DNA from: Halomonas sp. | Lineage (GTDB): Bacteria; Pseudomonadota; Gammaproteobacteria; Pseudomonadales; Halomonadaceae | NCBI RefSeq assembly: GCF_014859505.1 | Contig: NZ_JACUUD010000002.1 | Span: 4,166 to 68,165 of the forward strand | DNA length: 64,000 nucleotides | Direction of reading: 5' to 3' | In this document: positions 1 to 8,988 of the stretch, in pieces | Position numbering within the stretch: position 1 is the stretch's first letter | How the letters are laid out: each line of letters begins with the position of its first letter | Position numbers and translations under genes: made by a program | Notes under the pieces: generated by a model | What the model was told of the DNA's origin: nothing | The model's database searches: none | The model's input: only the letters and a program-made list of their open reading frames with translations

Positions 1-182
1 GGTCGCTGGTGGCCGGCCCGGACCGCGACTACCTGTGGATCCTGGCCCGCACCCCGACCCTGCCGAAGGCCACCTACCGCGATCTGGTGGAACGCGCCGA
101 GGGCCTGGCCTTTCCGCTGGAGGAGCTGATCAAGGTGGAGCAGGGCGAGGCCTGCGACCCCTGGCGCGAGGAGGCCCGATAG
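1..182 (+). CDS. blc: Lipocalin (Blc-like), 3' part only; 5' end lies outside the window
   Basis: Manual translation of frame 3 gives SLVAGPDRDYLWILARTPTLP...EEAR* (TAG at 180-182). The YLWILAR-TP motif is typical of bacterial lipocalins. Confidence 0.75.
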   Translation, partial: SLVAGPDRDYLWILARTPTLPKATYRDLVERAEGLAFPLEELIKVEQGEACDPWREEAR

Positions 183-183
183 C

Positions 184-1203
184 GTGTCCAGTCACGACAT
201 GACCCAATCCCCCGGGCTTGCGAGCTGGCTTGCGGCCAGCATCGAGGAGGCGGACTTTCCCGAGCAGGGCCGGCTCCCCGGCGGCCACTTCCGCCGGCTC
301 GGCCACGGGGTGCTGGCGCTTGAGCCCGACCGGCCCGGGCCGGCGGCCCGGGCCTGTGTGTTCTCGGTGGGCATCCACGGCAACGAGACCGCCCCCATGG
401 AGCTGCTCGAGGGCGTGCTCGCCCGCCTGGCGGGCGGGGAGCTGCGCCTCGGCGCGCCCACCCTGCTGCTGCTCGGCAACCCCGAGGCGACCCGCCAGGG
501 GATGCGCTACGTGGGCACCAACCTCAACCGGCTCTTCCGCCGGGAGCTCGACGAGACGGGCATGGAGCCCGACCGGGCGCGGGAGCTGATGGCGGCGGTG
601 GACGCCTTTTTCGCCCGCCACGGGGCCCTGGCGCGGCTGCACTACGACCTGCACACCGCCATCCGCGACAGCCGCTACCCGCGCTTCGTGGTCAGCCCCT
701 TCACCGAGCGCACGCCGGTGGAGGCGGCACAGTGGCGCTGGCTCGCCGCCGCCGACATCCAGGCGGTGCTCCACCAGCACCGCCACAGCTGGACCTTCTC
801 CCACTACAGCAAGCACACTCATGGCGCCCAGGCCTTCACCCTGGAGCTGGGCCGCGCCCTGCCCTTCGGGCACAATGACCTGGCACCGCTGGCGCCCATG
901 GGCGCGCTGCTGGCGGCGCTGCTCGAAGGGCGCGAGCCAGCCGCGGCGCCAGCGGAGCGCATGGCCTTCTTCCGGGTCGCGCATGAGCTGATGCGCGAGT
1001 CAGAGGCGTTTCGCCTGGCCTTTCCCGACGACACGCCCAACTTCACGGCCTTCGCCACCGGCACCCTGCTCGCCGAGGATGACCAGGCCGGGGAGACCCG
1101 GGTCGGCGAGACGCCGCTGGCCGTGGTCTTTCCCAATGCCGGGGTGGAGATCGGCGCCCGCGCCGCCCTGCTGGCACACCCCGAGCCACCGCCGTCGGGC
1201 TGA
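184..1203 (+). CDS. astE: Succinylglutamate desuccinylase
   Basis: Zn-binding motif SVGIHGNETAP, NLNRLF, HYDLHTAIR and FTLELG; 339 aa. Confidence 0.88.
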   Translation: MSSHDMTQSPGLASWLAASIEEADFPEQGRLPGGHFRRLGHGVLALEPDRPGPAARACVFSVGIHGNETAPMELLEGVLARLAGGELRLGAPTLLLLGNPEATRQGMRYVGTNLNRLFRRELDETGMEPDRARELMAAVDAFFARHGALARLHYDLHTAIRDSRYPRFVVSPFTERTPVEAAQWRWLAAADIQAVLHQHRHSWTFSHYSKHTHGAQAFTLELGRALPFGHNDLAPLAPMGALLAALLEGREPAAAPAERMAFFRVAHELMRESEAFRLAFPDDTPNFTAFATGTLLAEDDQAGETRVGETPLAVVFPNAGVEIGARAALLAHPEPPPSG

Positions 1204-1363
1204 GGCCGGCGACACGCCGAGGCCCCGGGGAGCATCGGCAGCAGAAAAACCCTTATAACAACCACAACGGGAGGGTAAAATCTTGCCCCTTTGCCGATCA
1301 GCACTGGACCCGCGCCGCACCTCATCTCGCCCTCCCGCACCGACCGGAGGGTGGGTGCGTCGC

Positions 1364-1378
1364 TGGTATCGCCCTTGC
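1364..1378 (+). promoter_or_regulatory. Candidate sigma-54 (-24/-12) promoter for the ABC operon
   Basis: TGGTATCGCCCTTGC has GG-N10-GC spacing and lies 60 bp upstream of the ATP-binding gene. Arg/polar amino-acid uptake operons are sigma-54 dependent in enterobacteria. Confidence 0.4.
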
Positions 1379-1438
1379 CGAGCAGCGCCGCTTGCCCACG
1401 GCGCGTCGCCGCGGCGACCCTGACCCGGAGCCCATTCC

Positions 1439-2209
1439 ATGGCCGAAACCCCGATTCCGCTGGAAGTGCGCAACATCAAGAAGCGCTTCGGCGATACCGA
1501 AGTCCTCAAGGGGCTATCGCTCTCTGCCCACAAGGGGGACGTGATCACCCTCATCGGCGCCTCCGGCTCCGGCAAGAGCACCTTCCTGCGCTGCATGAAC
1601 CTGCTCGAGCAACCCGACGAGGGGGACCTGATCGTCCACGGCGAGGAGGTCCGCTTCAGGCAGACCCGCCACGGCCGCGAGCCCGCCGACTGGAAGCAGG
1701 TGGTGCGCATGCGGGCCAAGCTCTCCATGGTCTTCCAGGGCTTCAACCTCTGGGCCCACATGACCCTGCTCGAGAACATCATCGAGGCCCCGGTGCATGT
1801 GCTCGGCAAGCCGAAGAAGGAGGCCATCGAGCAGGCCCGTGCGCTGCTCGAGCGGGTGGGCCTGACCGCCCGCGCCGACGCCTACCCGGCCCAGATGTCC
1901 GGCGGCCAGCAGCAGCGAGGCGCCATCGCCCGGGCGCTGGCCATGGACCCGGAGGTGATGCTGTTCGACGAGCCCACCTCGGCGCTGGACCCGGAGCTGG
2001 TCGGCGACGTCCTCAAGGTGATGCACGAACTCGCCGAGGAGGGGCGCACCATGATCGTGGTGACCCACGAGATGAGCTTCGCACGGGACGTCTCCAGCCA
2101 GGTGATCTACCTGCACCAGGGGCTGGTCGAGGAGGCCGGCGCGCCTGACCAGGTGCTGGGCAACCCGCAATCACCGCGCCTGAAGCAGTTCCTGGCCCCC
2201 AAGTACTGA
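1439..2209 (+). CDS. Polar amino-acid ABC transporter ATP-binding protein (HisP/AotP-like)
   Basis: Walker A GASGSGKS, signature MSGGQQQR, Walker B MLFDEPTSALDPE, VTHEM. Confidence 0.92.
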   Translation: MAETPIPLEVRNIKKRFGDTEVLKGLSLSAHKGDVITLIGASGSGKSTFLRCMNLLEQPDEGDLIVHGEEVRFRQTRHGREPADWKQVVRMRAKLSMVFQGFNLWAHMTLLENIIEAPVHVLGKPKKEAIEQARALLERVGLTARADAYPAQMSGGQQQRGAIARALAMDPEVMLFDEPTSALDPELVGDVLKVMHELAEEGRTMIVVTHEMSFARDVSSQVIYLHQGLVEEAGAPDQVLGNPQSPRLKQFLAPKY

Positions 2210-2222
2210 GCGGGAGAACACC

Positions 2223-2924
2223 ATGCTGGATCTTCATGGCTACGGCCCACGGCTGTTGGAAGGCGCCGGCGTCACCCTGCAGCTGGCGGTACTGTCGCTG
2301 GCGCTGGCGATCCTGCTGGGCCTGGCGACCGCCAGCGCCAGGATGTCCCGCGGCTGGCTGCTGCAGAGGCTCGCCACCCTCTACACCACGGTCATCCGCG
2401 GCGTGCCGGACCTGGTGCTGATGATGCTGCTGTTCTTCGGCGGCCAGATGGCACTCAACGTGATCACCGATGCGCTCTATGACCGCTTCGGTGTCGACTG
2501 GTACGTCAACCTCAACGCCTTCGCCGCCGGGGTGATCACCATCGGCTTCATCTTCGGCGCCTACATGGGCGAGACCTTCCGGGGCGCCTTCATGGCCGTG
2601 GACGCTGGCCAGATCGAGGCCGGCAAGGCCTACGGCATGTCGCCCTGGCTGGTATTCCGGCGCATCCGCTTCCCGCAGATGATGCGCCACGCACTACCCG
2701 GCATCTCCAACAACTGGATGGTGCTGCTCAAGACCACCGCACTGGTCTCGGTGATCGGGCTCTCCGACATGGTGCGGGTGGCCGCCGAGGCCTCCCGGGC
2801 CACCCATGAGCCCTTCACCTTCCTGCTGCCGGTGGCGGCGGCCTACCTGCTGATCGCCAGCGTCTCGGAGTGGCTCTTCGCCTGGCTCCAGAAACGCTAC
2901 AACATCGGCTTCGGGGGGCATTGA
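2223..2924 (+). CDS. Polar amino-acid ABC permease (HisQ/AotQ-like)
   Basis: YTTVIRGVPDLV and EAA loop GQIEAGKAYGMS; operon context. Confidence 0.9.
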   Translation: MLDLHGYGPRLLEGAGVTLQLAVLSLALAILLGLATASARMSRGWLLQRLATLYTTVIRGVPDLVLMMLLFFGGQMALNVITDALYDRFGVDWYVNLNAFAAGVITIGFIFGAYMGETFRGAFMAVDAGQIEAGKAYGMSPWLVFRRIRFPQMMRHALPGISNNWMVLLKTTALVSVIGLSDMVRVAAEASRATHEPFTFLLPVAAAYLLIASVSEWLFAWLQKRYNIGFGGH

Positions 2925-2925
2925 C

Positions 2926-3654
2926 ATGGATGTCCTCACGACCTGGTTCCACGACCTGATGGCCGGCAATGCCATCTTCACCGCTCAGACCATCGGCTAC
3001 TACTGGGACGGCCTGGTGACCACCACCCAGTTGGTGTTCCTGTCACTGGTGATCGGCCTGGTACTGGCGGTGCCCCTCGCCATCGGCAGAAGCTCCGACC
3101 GCCGCTGGATCAGCCTGCCGATTTACGTCTATACCTACGTCTTCCGCGGCACGCCGCTGCTGATCCAGCTCTACATCATCTACTACGGGGTGGTGTTCTT
3201 CGATGGCATCCAGGAGACCTTCCTGTGGCCGATGCTGCGCGAGGCCTTCTATCCCGCGCTGATCGCCTTCACGCTCAATACCGCCGCCTATACCACCGAG
3301 ATCTTCCGCGGCGCCATCAAGGCCACCGCCCGCGGGGAGATCGAGGCGGCCCGGGCCTACGGCATGTCGGATAGTCTGATGATGCGCAGGATCATCCTGC
3401 CCAGCGCCTTCCGCCGCGCCCTCCCCGCCTACGGCAACGAGGTGATCTTCATGCTTCATGCCAGCGCCATCGCCAGCGTGGTCACCCTGATGGACCTCAC
3501 CGGCGCGGCACGCTTTATCTACGCACGCTACTATGCCCCCTTCGAGGCCTTCCTGTTCGTGGCGGCCATCTACCTCTGCCTGACCTTCGCCATCCTCTAT
3601 TTCTTCCGCTGGCTGGAGAAGCGTCTGCTGGCCCACTTGAGGCCCCAGAGCTGA
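2926..3654 (+). CDS. Polar amino-acid ABC permease (HisM/AotM-like)
   Basis: FRGTPLLIQL and GEIEAARAYGMS; 1 bp after the previous permease. Confidence 0.9.
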   Translation: MDVLTTWFHDLMAGNAIFTAQTIGYYWDGLVTTTQLVFLSLVIGLVLAVPLAIGRSSDRRWISLPIYVYTYVFRGTPLLIQLYIIYYGVVFFDGIQETFLWPMLREAFYPALIAFTLNTAAYTTEIFRGAIKATARGEIEAARAYGMSDSLMMRRIILPSAFRRALPAYGNEVIFMLHASAIASVVTLMDLTGAARFIYARYYAPFEAFLFVAAIYLCLTFAILYFFRWLEKRLLAHLRPQS

Positions 3655-3796
3655 GCCGCTGCAACGGCCGCCGCGCCAGCGTCAAACGCCCGTTGGCAAT
3701 TCCGCCGCCCGGGGCTTTCGGGCCCGGGGCGGCTGGGCTAGAGTCTGCCCGGTAGGCACCCGCAAGGTGCCATTTCTCATCATCAGGAGCTCCTCC

Positions 3797-4564
3797 ATGA
3801 AGAAACTGCTGACCATCTCGATCCTCGGTGCGGCCTTGGCCGCCGGCACCGCCCAGGCCCGCGACTACGACCACGTGCGTATCGGCGTCGACGTGCCCTA
3901 CGAGCCCATGGAGTATCGCGGTGCCGACGGCGAGCTGACCGGCTTCGACATCGAACTGGGCAACGCCCTGTGCGCCGAGATCGGCGTGACCTGCGAGTGG
4001 ATCGAACAGGAGTGGGACGGCATCATCCCGGGCCTGCTGGCGCGCAACTACGACGCCATCATGTCCTCCATGTCGATCAACGACGAGCGCCGCCAGACCG
4101 TGCTCTTCTCCGATTCCTACATCACCATCCCCGGCGCCTGGTTCGCCCCGGAGGGCAGTGAGCTCTCCGAGATCAACGAGGAGACCCTCTCCGGCAAGAG
4201 CATCGGCGTCCAGCGCGGCACCACCTACGACAGCTACGCCACCGACAGCTACGGCCGCATCGCCACCGTCAACCGCTACTCCACCGCCGACGACATGGTG
4301 CTGGACCTGCAGGCTCAGCGCCTGGATATCGTCTTCCTGGAGTACGTGGTCGGCCAGGCCACCCTGCTGCAGAGCGACGAGGGCGACTACCATGTGGTCG
4401 GCGAGATGGTCACCGAGCCCGCGGAGTACTTCGGCGAAGGCTTCGGCATCGCCTTCCGCCAGCGCGACGAGGCCCTGGCCAAGCGCTTCAACGAGGCCCT
4501 CGCCACGCTGAAGGCAGACGGCACCTACGACGAGATCCACGAGAGGTATTTCGGCGAGGAGTGA
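3797..4564 (+). CDS. Polar amino-acid (Arg/Orn/Lys/His-type) periplasmic binding protein
   Basis: Start MKKLL at 3797 after an AGGAG RBS, with a signal peptide; YEPMEY, GFDIELG, WDGIIPGL, GVQRGT, FGEGFGIA (SBP_bac_3 pattern). Confidence 0.9.
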   Translation: MKKLLTISILGAALAAGTAQARDYDHVRIGVDVPYEPMEYRGADGELTGFDIELGNALCAEIGVTCEWIEQEWDGIIPGLLARNYDAIMSSMSINDERRQTVLFSDSYITIPGAWFAPEGSELSEINEETLSGKSIGVQRGTTYDSYATDSYGRIATVNRYSTADDMVLDLQAQRLDIVFLEYVVGQATLLQSDEGDYHVVGEMVTEPAEYFGEGFGIAFRQRDEALAKRFNEALATLKADGTYDEIHERYFGEE

Positions 4565-4573
4565 TCCCAGCCC

Positions 4574-5422
4574 TCAGGGCCAGCTGTAGACGCCGCGATT
4601 GAGGGCATCACGGAAGGCCGAATGGACCTTGTTGCCGCGCAGGGTGGCGCCGCTGTAACCATCGAGGTCCTCCGCCAGGCGCTCAGGCTCGTAGAGGGCG
4701 AAGATGGCGGTCAGCGGCTGGTCCTCCAGTGCCTCGGCCAGCTGCTGGTGCTGCACCCACACCGGGTAGAGGTCCTCGTCATCGTCCAGCGTCCGGTAGT
4801 CGACGCCGCGATAGGCCAGGTGTCGGTAGCTCACGTTCGACAGCCGACCATCGCGCAGGTCGAACTGCACGTTGACCTGCATCTCGCCGCCGTCGCCGAA
4901 CACGCCGCGGTAGCGCCCGTCCAGCGGCAACCCCAGCAGCGCCCGATGCAGGCGCTCGTCCTCGGCGGGCGAAAGAAGTGCCGGCTCGTCGGCGGCCTCT
5001 CCATTGCGCGCCTCGTCGCTCCGGGCGGCGGCCTCGGGCTCGACCGGCTCGCCCGCCTCGTCCACCAGGCGTCCGACCAGGTACGCCTCGAGCATCCCCT
5101 CGGCCCGCGCGCTGTGGGGTACGCCGGGGCGCTTGTTGTCCCAGCCCTCGGTTGCCTCCCGGCCACACCACTCGAGGATCACCGCCGGATCGGTGGGATG
5201 GTTGGACACATAGTCGGTAATGTCGTAGACCCGGCCATGGATGGCCTTCCAGCAGCTCTCGGCGGCGTCATGCTCGGCCAGCTCGCCCAGGGTAATGGGG
5301 TCCAGTCCCTCATCGTCGGCCGCGTCGCGCTCGCTGCTCGAGAGAGCGCTGACCGAGACCAGAGTGAGGAGGCTCGCCACGAAGGCGATGAAGACGGAGT
5401 AGGCGATCTTGTGCATGTTCAT
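4574..5422 (-). CDS. Exported/anchored cytochrome b5-like heme domain fused to a C-terminal FMN-binding (flavinylation-motif) domain
   Basis: Start at 5422 overlaps the upstream stop (ATGA). N-terminal hydrophobic helix; b5 motifs SCWKAIHGRVYDIT, NHPT and PHS; C-terminal DGYSGAT flavinylation motif. Confidence 0.78.
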   Translation of the reverse strand: MNMHKIAYSVFIAFVASLLTLVSVSALSSSERDAADDEGLDPITLGELAEHDAAESCWKAIHGRVYDITDYVSNHPTDPAVILEWCGREATEGWDNKRPGVPHSARAEGMLEAYLVGRLVDEAGEPVEPEAAARSDEARNGEAADEPALLSPAEDERLHRALLGLPLDGRYRGVFGDGGEMQVNVQFDLRDGRLSNVSYRHLAYRGVDYRTLDDDEDLYPVWVQHQQLAEALEDQPLTAIFALYEPERLAEDLDGYSGATLRGNKVHSAFRDALNRGVYSWP

Positions 5423-6714
5423 AGGAAATCGAAGACCTCGCTGTGGATGCGTGAGGCGGGCACCCCCTGGTCGGTGAGCAGCCGCTGCAGGTGGGCATTC
5501 ATGGCCGGCGGGCCGCAAAGGTAGATCTCCCGCTCGGTGAAGTCCGGGCAATGCTCGCGCAGGAAGGCCTCGTCCAGCCGACCTCGCTCTCTAGAGTAGT
5601 GCTGGGTGAAGGCGAACGCTTCCTGGGTCTCGGCGATCCCCTCGAGCTCTTCACGGTAGTAGGCGCGTTCGGGGTCGTGGGCGAGATAGAACAGATGGGC
5701 ATGGCGCTCGGCTCCCGCCCCGACGGCCAGGTCGCGGGCGCCACCGACGAAGGGGGTGATGCCGATGCCACCACCCAGCCACAGCATGTCGCGCTCGGGG
5801 AAGCGCCGCCCGAAGAACTCCCCGTAGGGTCCCTCGACCAGCACCCGGGTCTCCGGCGTCACCGTCTGCAGGGCATGACTGGCGTCGCCCAGATCCTTGA
5901 TGCCGATGCGCAGGCGTGAATCCGACGGCGCCGAGGCGATGGTGTAGGGGTGCTCCTCGCCGCGCCCGTCGGAAAGCGACTCGTCCAGCGGCGAGAGGTA
6001 GACGAACTGCCCCGCCTCATGGCGGATACCGCCACCCTCGGGGCGCAACACCAGCTCCACAACGCCCCGGGCCAGCGGCACCAACTCCTCGACCCGGTAG
6101 GGGTGGCGCCGAGCCGGCGCCACCCCCTTGCGCCAGGCGATGGCGCCGAGCCCGGCGATGCCCAGCAGCCACCAGGGCCATGCCTCACCGGCCAGCAGCA
6201 GGGCGTGCCAGAGCCCCAGCAGCAGCGCCGCCGCCGAGACCAGGTGAAGGCGCTTCCAGCGCTGGTAGTGGGGCTGGCCGAAGAAGTCGAAGGTGGGCGC
6301 CAGGAACACCACCAACGCCACCCAGGCCAGCCAGCCGAGCCATACACTGGCATGGGAAACCGGCGGAAAGAGGGTGGCCACCGCGGCATCCAGTGAGGTC
6401 GGCACCGCCGCCAGCCCCAGCGCCAGGGCGTGGAGCATCACCAGGATGAAGGCGGTGAAGCCCAGCCAGTGATGCAGGTGCCAGAGCCGTGCCAGCCCAC
6501 CGAAGGGCCGATCGAAACCCGGCACCCGGACGCTCACCGCCCCGGCCAGCAGCATCATGGCAAGCCCCAGGATACCGGTCACTCGCCCCACCCAGGTCAG
6601 CCACAGCTCGGGGGGGCCACCAATCCCGCCCAGGCGCGGCATCGCCACCGCGAGCGGCAGCAGCAACAGGGCAATCAGGGCGATATCGCCCGGCCTCAAC
6701 CATCGTCGCATCAT
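5419..6714 (-). CDS. Ferric-reductase-like transmembrane cytochrome b fused to an FAD/NAD(P)H-binding (FNR-type) domain
   Basis: About 6 TM helices with His in WHLHHWLG, MLHAL, KRLHL and LWHAL; then HPYTIAS, GGGIGITPF, YLCGPPAM and HSEVF. Confidence 0.88.
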   Translation of the reverse strand: MMRRWLRPGDIALIALLLLPLAVAMPRLGGIGGPPELWLTWVGRVTGILGLAMMLLAGAVSVRVPGFDRPFGGLARLWHLHHWLGFTAFILVMLHALALGLAAVPTSLDAAVATLFPPVSHASVWLGWLAWVALVVFLAPTFDFFGQPHYQRWKRLHLVSAAALLLGLWHALLLAGEAWPWWLLGIAGLGAIAWRKGVAPARRHPYRVEELVPLARGVVELVLRPEGGGIRHEAGQFVYLSPLDESLSDGRGEEHPYTIASAPSDSRLRIGIKDLGDASHALQTVTPETRVLVEGPYGEFFGRRFPERDMLWLGGGIGITPFVGGARDLAVGAGAERHAHLFYLAHDPERAYYREELEGIAETQEAFAFTQHYSRERGRLDEAFLREHCPDFTEREIYLCGPPAMNAHLQRLLTDQGVPASRIHSEVFDFL

Positions 6715-6797
6715 GCCTCCCTGATTCCACGACTACCCTGACAGTGTCGTCAATCGGTATTAGTCTTCAAGGGGTGCGGCGCCTTGTCACCTTCGGT

Positions 6798-6811
6798 TTG
6801 ATCTGTATCAG
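6798..6811. promoter_or_regulatory. FNR/ANR-like box
   Basis: TTGAT-CTGT-ATCAG (1 mismatch to TTGAT-N4-ATCAA). CATAAT at 6833-6838 gives near class II geometry toward the 6880 gene. Confidence 0.55.
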
Positions 6812-6879
6812 GATACTTTCATCAAGCTGGTCCATAATGCTTTTGTGAACAATCATGGTACGCAGGCACAGGAGATCAT

Positions 6880-8280
6880 ATGAAACAGCATAACAAGGGA
6901 AAGGGAACAGGCCCCTGGCTGGCTCTGGGGGTGCCGATCGCCCTCGGGCTGGCCTGGGTCACCCAGGGCACCGGAGTGGTCGAGAACGATCCCGAACGCA
7001 ACATCTCGATTCCCGCAGAGTTGACCATGCCGCTGCAGGTGCAGGCCGCCTACAACAATAACGATATCTTCTTCAGGTACCGTTGGCCGGCCGAACGCCC
7101 CGGCATCCATCACGACATGCTGGTCTACGAGGGTGGCAAGTGGGTAAGGAAGGGCAGGGGCGTTCCCGGCTCCGAGCCCGATGGTCTTGCCGAAGATCGC
7201 GTCACGATGCTGATGGATGACGGCAGCGTGCCCCAGTTCGGCCGCTACGGCGGCTACCTGACCGTGGGTGCCGGCGCCTCTGGTTTCACCAACGAGGCGC
7301 CCGAGGAGGTGACCAAGTCGCTGCCAGCGACCCGCATGGACCTGGGTGACTGGGCCAGCCGTCAGGATCCGGCGGTCCTCGACGCCCAGCGCGAGGCCGG
7401 CTACTTCCTCGACCTCTGGCACTGGCGCGGTCATCGCTCCAACCCGATAAATGTCTCCGACGACCAGTGGGTAGGCGAAGCGCGCAGCAGCGACGAAGGC
7501 CGGGGTCCCTATTCCACCAACTGGGACGGCGATGCCGGCGAGCCGCTGTGGATGTTCTCGCCAGAGCTCACCGACATGACTGCCATGCGCTGGGAGGACA
7601 TCGAATCCGGCGCCCTGGACTTCGACAGCCGCTACTACCTGGCGGAAAGCTTCGCGGTTCCCTTCGATCCGGAGCATGACTGGCAGGAGGGCGACGTGAT
7701 TCCGCGTCGCCTGCTGCGCGAGCCGGCCGGCTCCCGGGGCAGCATCCGGGTCCACGGCGAGGGCCGCTGGGCCGACGGTTACTGGGACGTGACCCTGGCC
7801 CGGGCGCTGGACACCGGCAGCCCGCTGGATGACAAGATCCTGAGCGACCAGGGCCTCTACTCGGTAGCCTTCGCGGTTCACCGCAACGCAACCGGCGGGC
7901 GCTGGCACCAGGTCTCGCATCCCTACTCCCTGGGGCTGGGACGCGAAGATGCAGACCTGACTGCCAACAAATTTCAGGGCCGCTCGCCTAATTGGTCCAA
8001 TGACTGGAAAGAAGTGACCCTGTTCTATCCGGGTCAGGTCAACTGGCCGCTGCTGGTCAGCCGCGCCCATGCCGGCGCCGAGGACATCGCCGAGGGCAAG
8101 CCGGTACGCCCGCGTCACAGCGAGAAGCAGCTCGCCCTCTACGGGGTGGAGATGGAGTTCAGAGACGCCATTACCCGCCAGTGGGGCCTGACCCTCTTCG
8201 CCGGGCTGCTCGCCATGCTCGGCGTCACCCTCGCCCTGCTGCCAAGCTTCCGTGCCACTCGTCAAGGAGACCGCTCATGA
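6880..8280 (+). CDS. Ethylbenzene-dehydrogenase gamma-like (EB_dh/DOMON-type) heme-binding protein with N- and C-terminal hydrophobic helices
   Basis: LQVQAAYN..DIFFRYRW, EDRVTML.DDG, DLWHWRGHRSNP, YWDVTLARAL and YSVAFAVH resemble the EB_dh family. Confidence 0.65.
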   Translation: MKQHNKGKGTGPWLALGVPIALGLAWVTQGTGVVENDPERNISIPAELTMPLQVQAAYNNNDIFFRYRWPAERPGIHHDMLVYEGGKWVRKGRGVPGSEPDGLAEDRVTMLMDDGSVPQFGRYGGYLTVGAGASGFTNEAPEEVTKSLPATRMDLGDWASRQDPAVLDAQREAGYFLDLWHWRGHRSNPINVSDDQWVGEARSSDEGRGPYSTNWDGDAGEPLWMFSPELTDMTAMRWEDIESGALDFDSRYYLAESFAVPFDPEHDWQEGDVIPRRLLREPAGSRGSIRVHGEGRWADGYWDVTLARALDTGSPLDDKILSDQGLYSVAFAVHRNATGGRWHQVSHPYSLGLGREDADLTANKFQGRSPNWSNDWKEVTLFYPGQVNWPLLVSRAHAGAEDIAEGKPVRPRHSEKQLALYGVEMEFRDAITRQWGLTLFAGLLAMLGVTLALLPSFRATRQGDRS

Positions 8281-8828
8281 ACGGCACCCATGCCATGCTC
8301 TCCCACTTCCCGGTGGGCTTCTGGGCACTTTCTACCCTGATGATCCTGGTCGGCGCCTTCATGACCGGCCGCTTGGCCGAGATCAGCCGTGCGGCCCTGC
8401 TGCCAGTGCTGGTACTCAGTCTGTTGGGCGCTCTGGCCGCCATTGCCATCGGGCTTATTGTCTGGCCCATGGAAGCCAACCTGGCCAGCCCACTGACGCG
8501 TAACCATATGCTCATGGCCTTCTGGTCGCTGGGTATCTACACCATGCTCACCGTGCTGGTATGGCGGGCCGGCGATTCCGCCTTCGAGGGCAACCGTCGC
8601 TGGGCGCTGGTGATCCTGGCACTGACCGGCGGCCTGATGTTCTCCTCTGCCGGCACCCTGGGCGGCCACCTGGCAGGCTCCAGCACCGCCTTTTCCCAGG
8701 TGCTCGGCCTGATGGGCTGGGAGGTCTACACCACCTTCTATAGCCCGCTGTGGGTCGCTGCCGTCATGGTGATCATCGGCCTCGTGGCCGCAGTGCTCGG
8801 CCTGAAGGGACAGCGCAGCAGCGACTGA
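8277..8828 (+). CDS. Membrane protein, DUF2231-like (possible heme ligands)
   Basis: Start at 8277 (ATGA overlap); THAMLSHFPVGF motif, 4-5 TM helices, NH and GGHLAG His residues. Confidence 0.6.
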   Translation: MNGTHAMLSHFPVGFWALSTLMILVGAFMTGRLAEISRAALLPVLVLSLLGALAAIAIGLIVWPMEANLASPLTRNHMLMAFWSLGIYTMLTVLVWRAGDSAFEGNRRWALVILALTGGLMFSSAGTLGGHLAGSSTAFSQVLGLMGWEVYTTFYSPLWVAAVMVIIGLVAAVLGLKGQRSSD

Positions 8829-8853
8829 TTCCCTTCTCGCTTCCCGTAACCGG

Positions 8854-8881
8854 CAAGGGCCCCGCTTCGGCGGGGCCCTTG
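8854..8881 (+). terminator. Intrinsic terminator-like hairpin
   Basis: CAAGGGCCCCGC-TTCG-GCGGGGCCCTTG, a perfect 12-bp stem with a UUCG loop. Confidence 0.75.
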
Positions 8882-8882
8882 T

Positions 8883-8900
8883 CGTTTACGCCCCTGTCAC
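8883..8900 (+). promoter_or_regulatory. Possible degenerate Pho box upstream of phoX
   Basis: CGTTTAC-GCCC-CTGTCAC (11-bp periodicity, one good half-site); another GTCAC lies 33 bp downstream. Weak. Confidence 0.3.
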
Positions 8901-8988
8901 CGAAGTAACTCTATTCATACACGCTGATGTCACCCCGCCGGGGCAATCTCTTCCACCAAGATACTCAACCTGTCCCTGGAGAGCCCCC

